Shown piece after piece: positions 48,223 through 64,000 of a stretch of 64,000 nt of DNA. A program made the translations under genes and the position numbers. Location: NCBI RefSeq assembly GCF_052425735.1, contig NC_135769.1:30566001-30630000 (forward strand), in the 5' to 3' direction. The notes beneath the pieces were generated by a model. The model made no database searches. It had not been told where the DNA came from and saw only the letters and a program-made list of their open reading frames with translations. Position 1 is the stretch's first letter; every line of letters begins with the position of its first letter. The DNA is from Oculina patagonica (Eukaryota).

Positions 48223-49340
48223 TTCATTATTGCTTGTAGCTGGACGCTTGCCTTGAAGTCGTAATTATACTTGGGAAATAGCTCGCAGCTTTGGTTTTGA
48301 ACATATTTTGATTTTAAGGACTATTTTCTCCCCTTGGAATGAAAATAATTAAAATTGTTTCTTCAGCATTAAGTTTCCAACTGATGAAATATTTTGTCTC
48401 GCAAAGTTGTTATTTTTAAATCGCAAATTGGATTGAGTGGAGTACCACGTGCTAGTAGTTTCAAAATCGGTGAAGAACGCAGCACACGAATCCTCTTTCA
48501 ATTTAATTGACAACACGGGACCAAATTATTAATTGTATCGGGAAATACATTCGAGGTAAGGAAGTCTTTGAGAGAACCTCTTGCAACACGGGTGGTTATA
48601 GGCGCAACAACACGTTCTGCACGTTTCAACTTGCAATGAAACAACGAAGGTTTTGTCTTTAAAGCAGCGAAAGGTTCTTGGTGTCAATATGTGGTGTTTG
48701 TTATGAAATAAAACCATCACGGGAATGGTAATGAAAACGTGGCGATCGAATATTCCCGCGCCCGTCGGAGCAATAGTTCTTGCTCTATTGTTTCGAGGTT
48801 GTTTGTCGACTTGGTCGTTCTTTGTTTTAACTAATTTTCAATCCTCATGTGGGCCAGTTGAAAATCGTGGTACAATCATTTGCATTTCAGCACTAAAAAG
48901 AAGCACAGCATCACAAAATTCTGCGTTCTTATAACTACACGACGATGACGAAATTTTCGGATAAACACACTGCTTTTAGATTTTTAGTTAAGAGAAATGA
49001 ACCCCTTTATAATAAGTGATTCCACGACATCGTAGTTGTGATTGCCATAGCTTCCATTTCGCGGGAAAAGATTGCCTGTTGCATCATCGTCCAAAAACCG
49101 CTGATTACATCGTGAATTGAGCGCGTTGCAAGTTGTGAGAGCATCGCTACTCGGTCCCAGACCTCGTTTCTATCCCCTCCTGGATTGCACTAATGAAAGT
49201 TAACAGTAGTTTGTATTTTCAATGCAAATTTTATTTTTTACACACAGACAAAGGACATACAAGCGCAACACATGCATGAAAACACGATGATGATTTATAT
49301 TACACATGAAAATGTTCCGTAACATCGCATACCATATAAT

Positions 49341-49968
49341 GGCTGCGGTCACATCTACGACGTAACTAAAGTTTAACTATAGTTAGTCTCAAGTTACGTG
49401 ACGTCATACCTAACTATAGTTAGTGCTTTCGGTCGTCTTTGCGGTCACACCAATGCAGTTAACTATAGTTAGTTCTGATTAGGTTGTGAATAATTTGGTA
49501 TTTAAATTAGTTCATGACAGCCCTTGTTGTTTATTTGTGTCCAGTTGTTCCTCTATTTTTTCAAGTTTTGCACGGCATTTCGGCGTTGAAGAGAATAAAA
49601 TGAAGTAAGGATGCTAGAAACCGAAGAATTCGAGCTTAATTTTTGCTAACATTGATGATATGTAATTTCTTGGCATGTTGTTTTTCTTGTTTTCCTTCCT
49701 TTGACGCTTTGTTTTGCAAATTTATGTTCATCTCGCACGTGCGAAAAGAATTGTCGCATTCTGAGTGGCTTTTCGTTTGCAAACTTAAGACTAACCCATG
49801 AACCTTGCTTGGGTATAACTATAGTTAGTGTGTATTGTTTTGGATCAGCGAGGCGTAAATTTTCTAACTATAGTTAGGGCGAACAGAGAAGCGGTCACAT
49901 TACCGAAATAGCTAACTATAGTTAACGCCGTCCTAACTATAGTTAGCAGTCTAGATGTGACCGCAGCC
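49341..49968. mobile_element. Harbinger-like MITE with 3-bp TSD and seven TAACTATAGTTA palindromes
   Basis: AAT|GGCTGCGGTCACATCTA ... TAGATGTGACCGCAGCC|AAT. Confidence 0.85.
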
Positions 49969-50446
49969 AATGCTTTTTTTTTTGCGCGAGAAGAACATTT
50001 GCGCACTGTTGATAAAATATAATAATAAAATAAATTAGATACAAAAATGTGTTCACTTATAAATTAATTCCACATTTTTTTCACATCAATATATTTCTTG
50101 TCAGCAAGCGTTCTGTTGCTATCTGTTTTCTTTTTTTATAATATTTTTTTCTAAAACAAATGTTCTGTTGAATTGATTATTCCACGGACTTTCGAAGGCC
50201 CAACGCCCGAAAATTCAGCTGCTTGATCAAAAACGGAGGTTTATCTACATTATTCCGAAGTATCAATATTAACGTGTCCAGGAGTCGGACGTCCACTCGT
50301 TCATAATGCGGCATTCCTGCTCTTGTACATGCGCAGTACTGTGGAAATGACCGGAGATGAAGGGGGTTTGAGGATTTTCGTGACCCACGTTGTAACTCAA
50401 ATAAAATCCAATGTCTAGTTTTACAGCTTGTTTAAACGAAAACCTT

Positions 50447-64000
<13,554 letters not shown>

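Overview
Intron-rich, AT-rich animal genomic DNA. The MITE/SINE repertoire and gene content suggest an anthozoan, probably a stony coral (inference). I assembled five genes by hand from splice sites and reading phase. (1) AGXT2, mitochondrial alanine-glyoxylate aminotransferase 2 (minus strand, 3' end outside the window). (2) A ~2,100-aa delphilin/GRID2IP-type formin (minus; PDZ-PDZ-HHD-PDZ-HHD-FH1-FH2) with an unusual ~880-aa proline-rich C-terminal tail. (3) Head-to-head with it, a 17-exon, 493-aa formin (plus) that the ORF track almost entirely misses. (4) A solitary histone H3 gene lacking the 3' stem-loop. (5) TBCD (minus, 5' end outside the window). Gene 3 is the standout. Its FH1-FH2 half shares 12 intron positions and phases with the neighbouring delphilin. 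In place of PDZ domains it has a 45-residue uncharged N-terminal stretch that reads as a two-helix transmembrane hairpin. That makes it a candidate integral-membrane formin in an animal, an architecture I know only from plant class I formins. It also keeps a U12-type (minor spliceosome) intron at a position where its delphilin neighbour has a U2-type intron. Introns and intergenic DNA hold many non-autonomous TIR elements (some nested), tRNA-derived SINEs and a probable solo LTR. All gene models are manual, without transcript or database confirmation.
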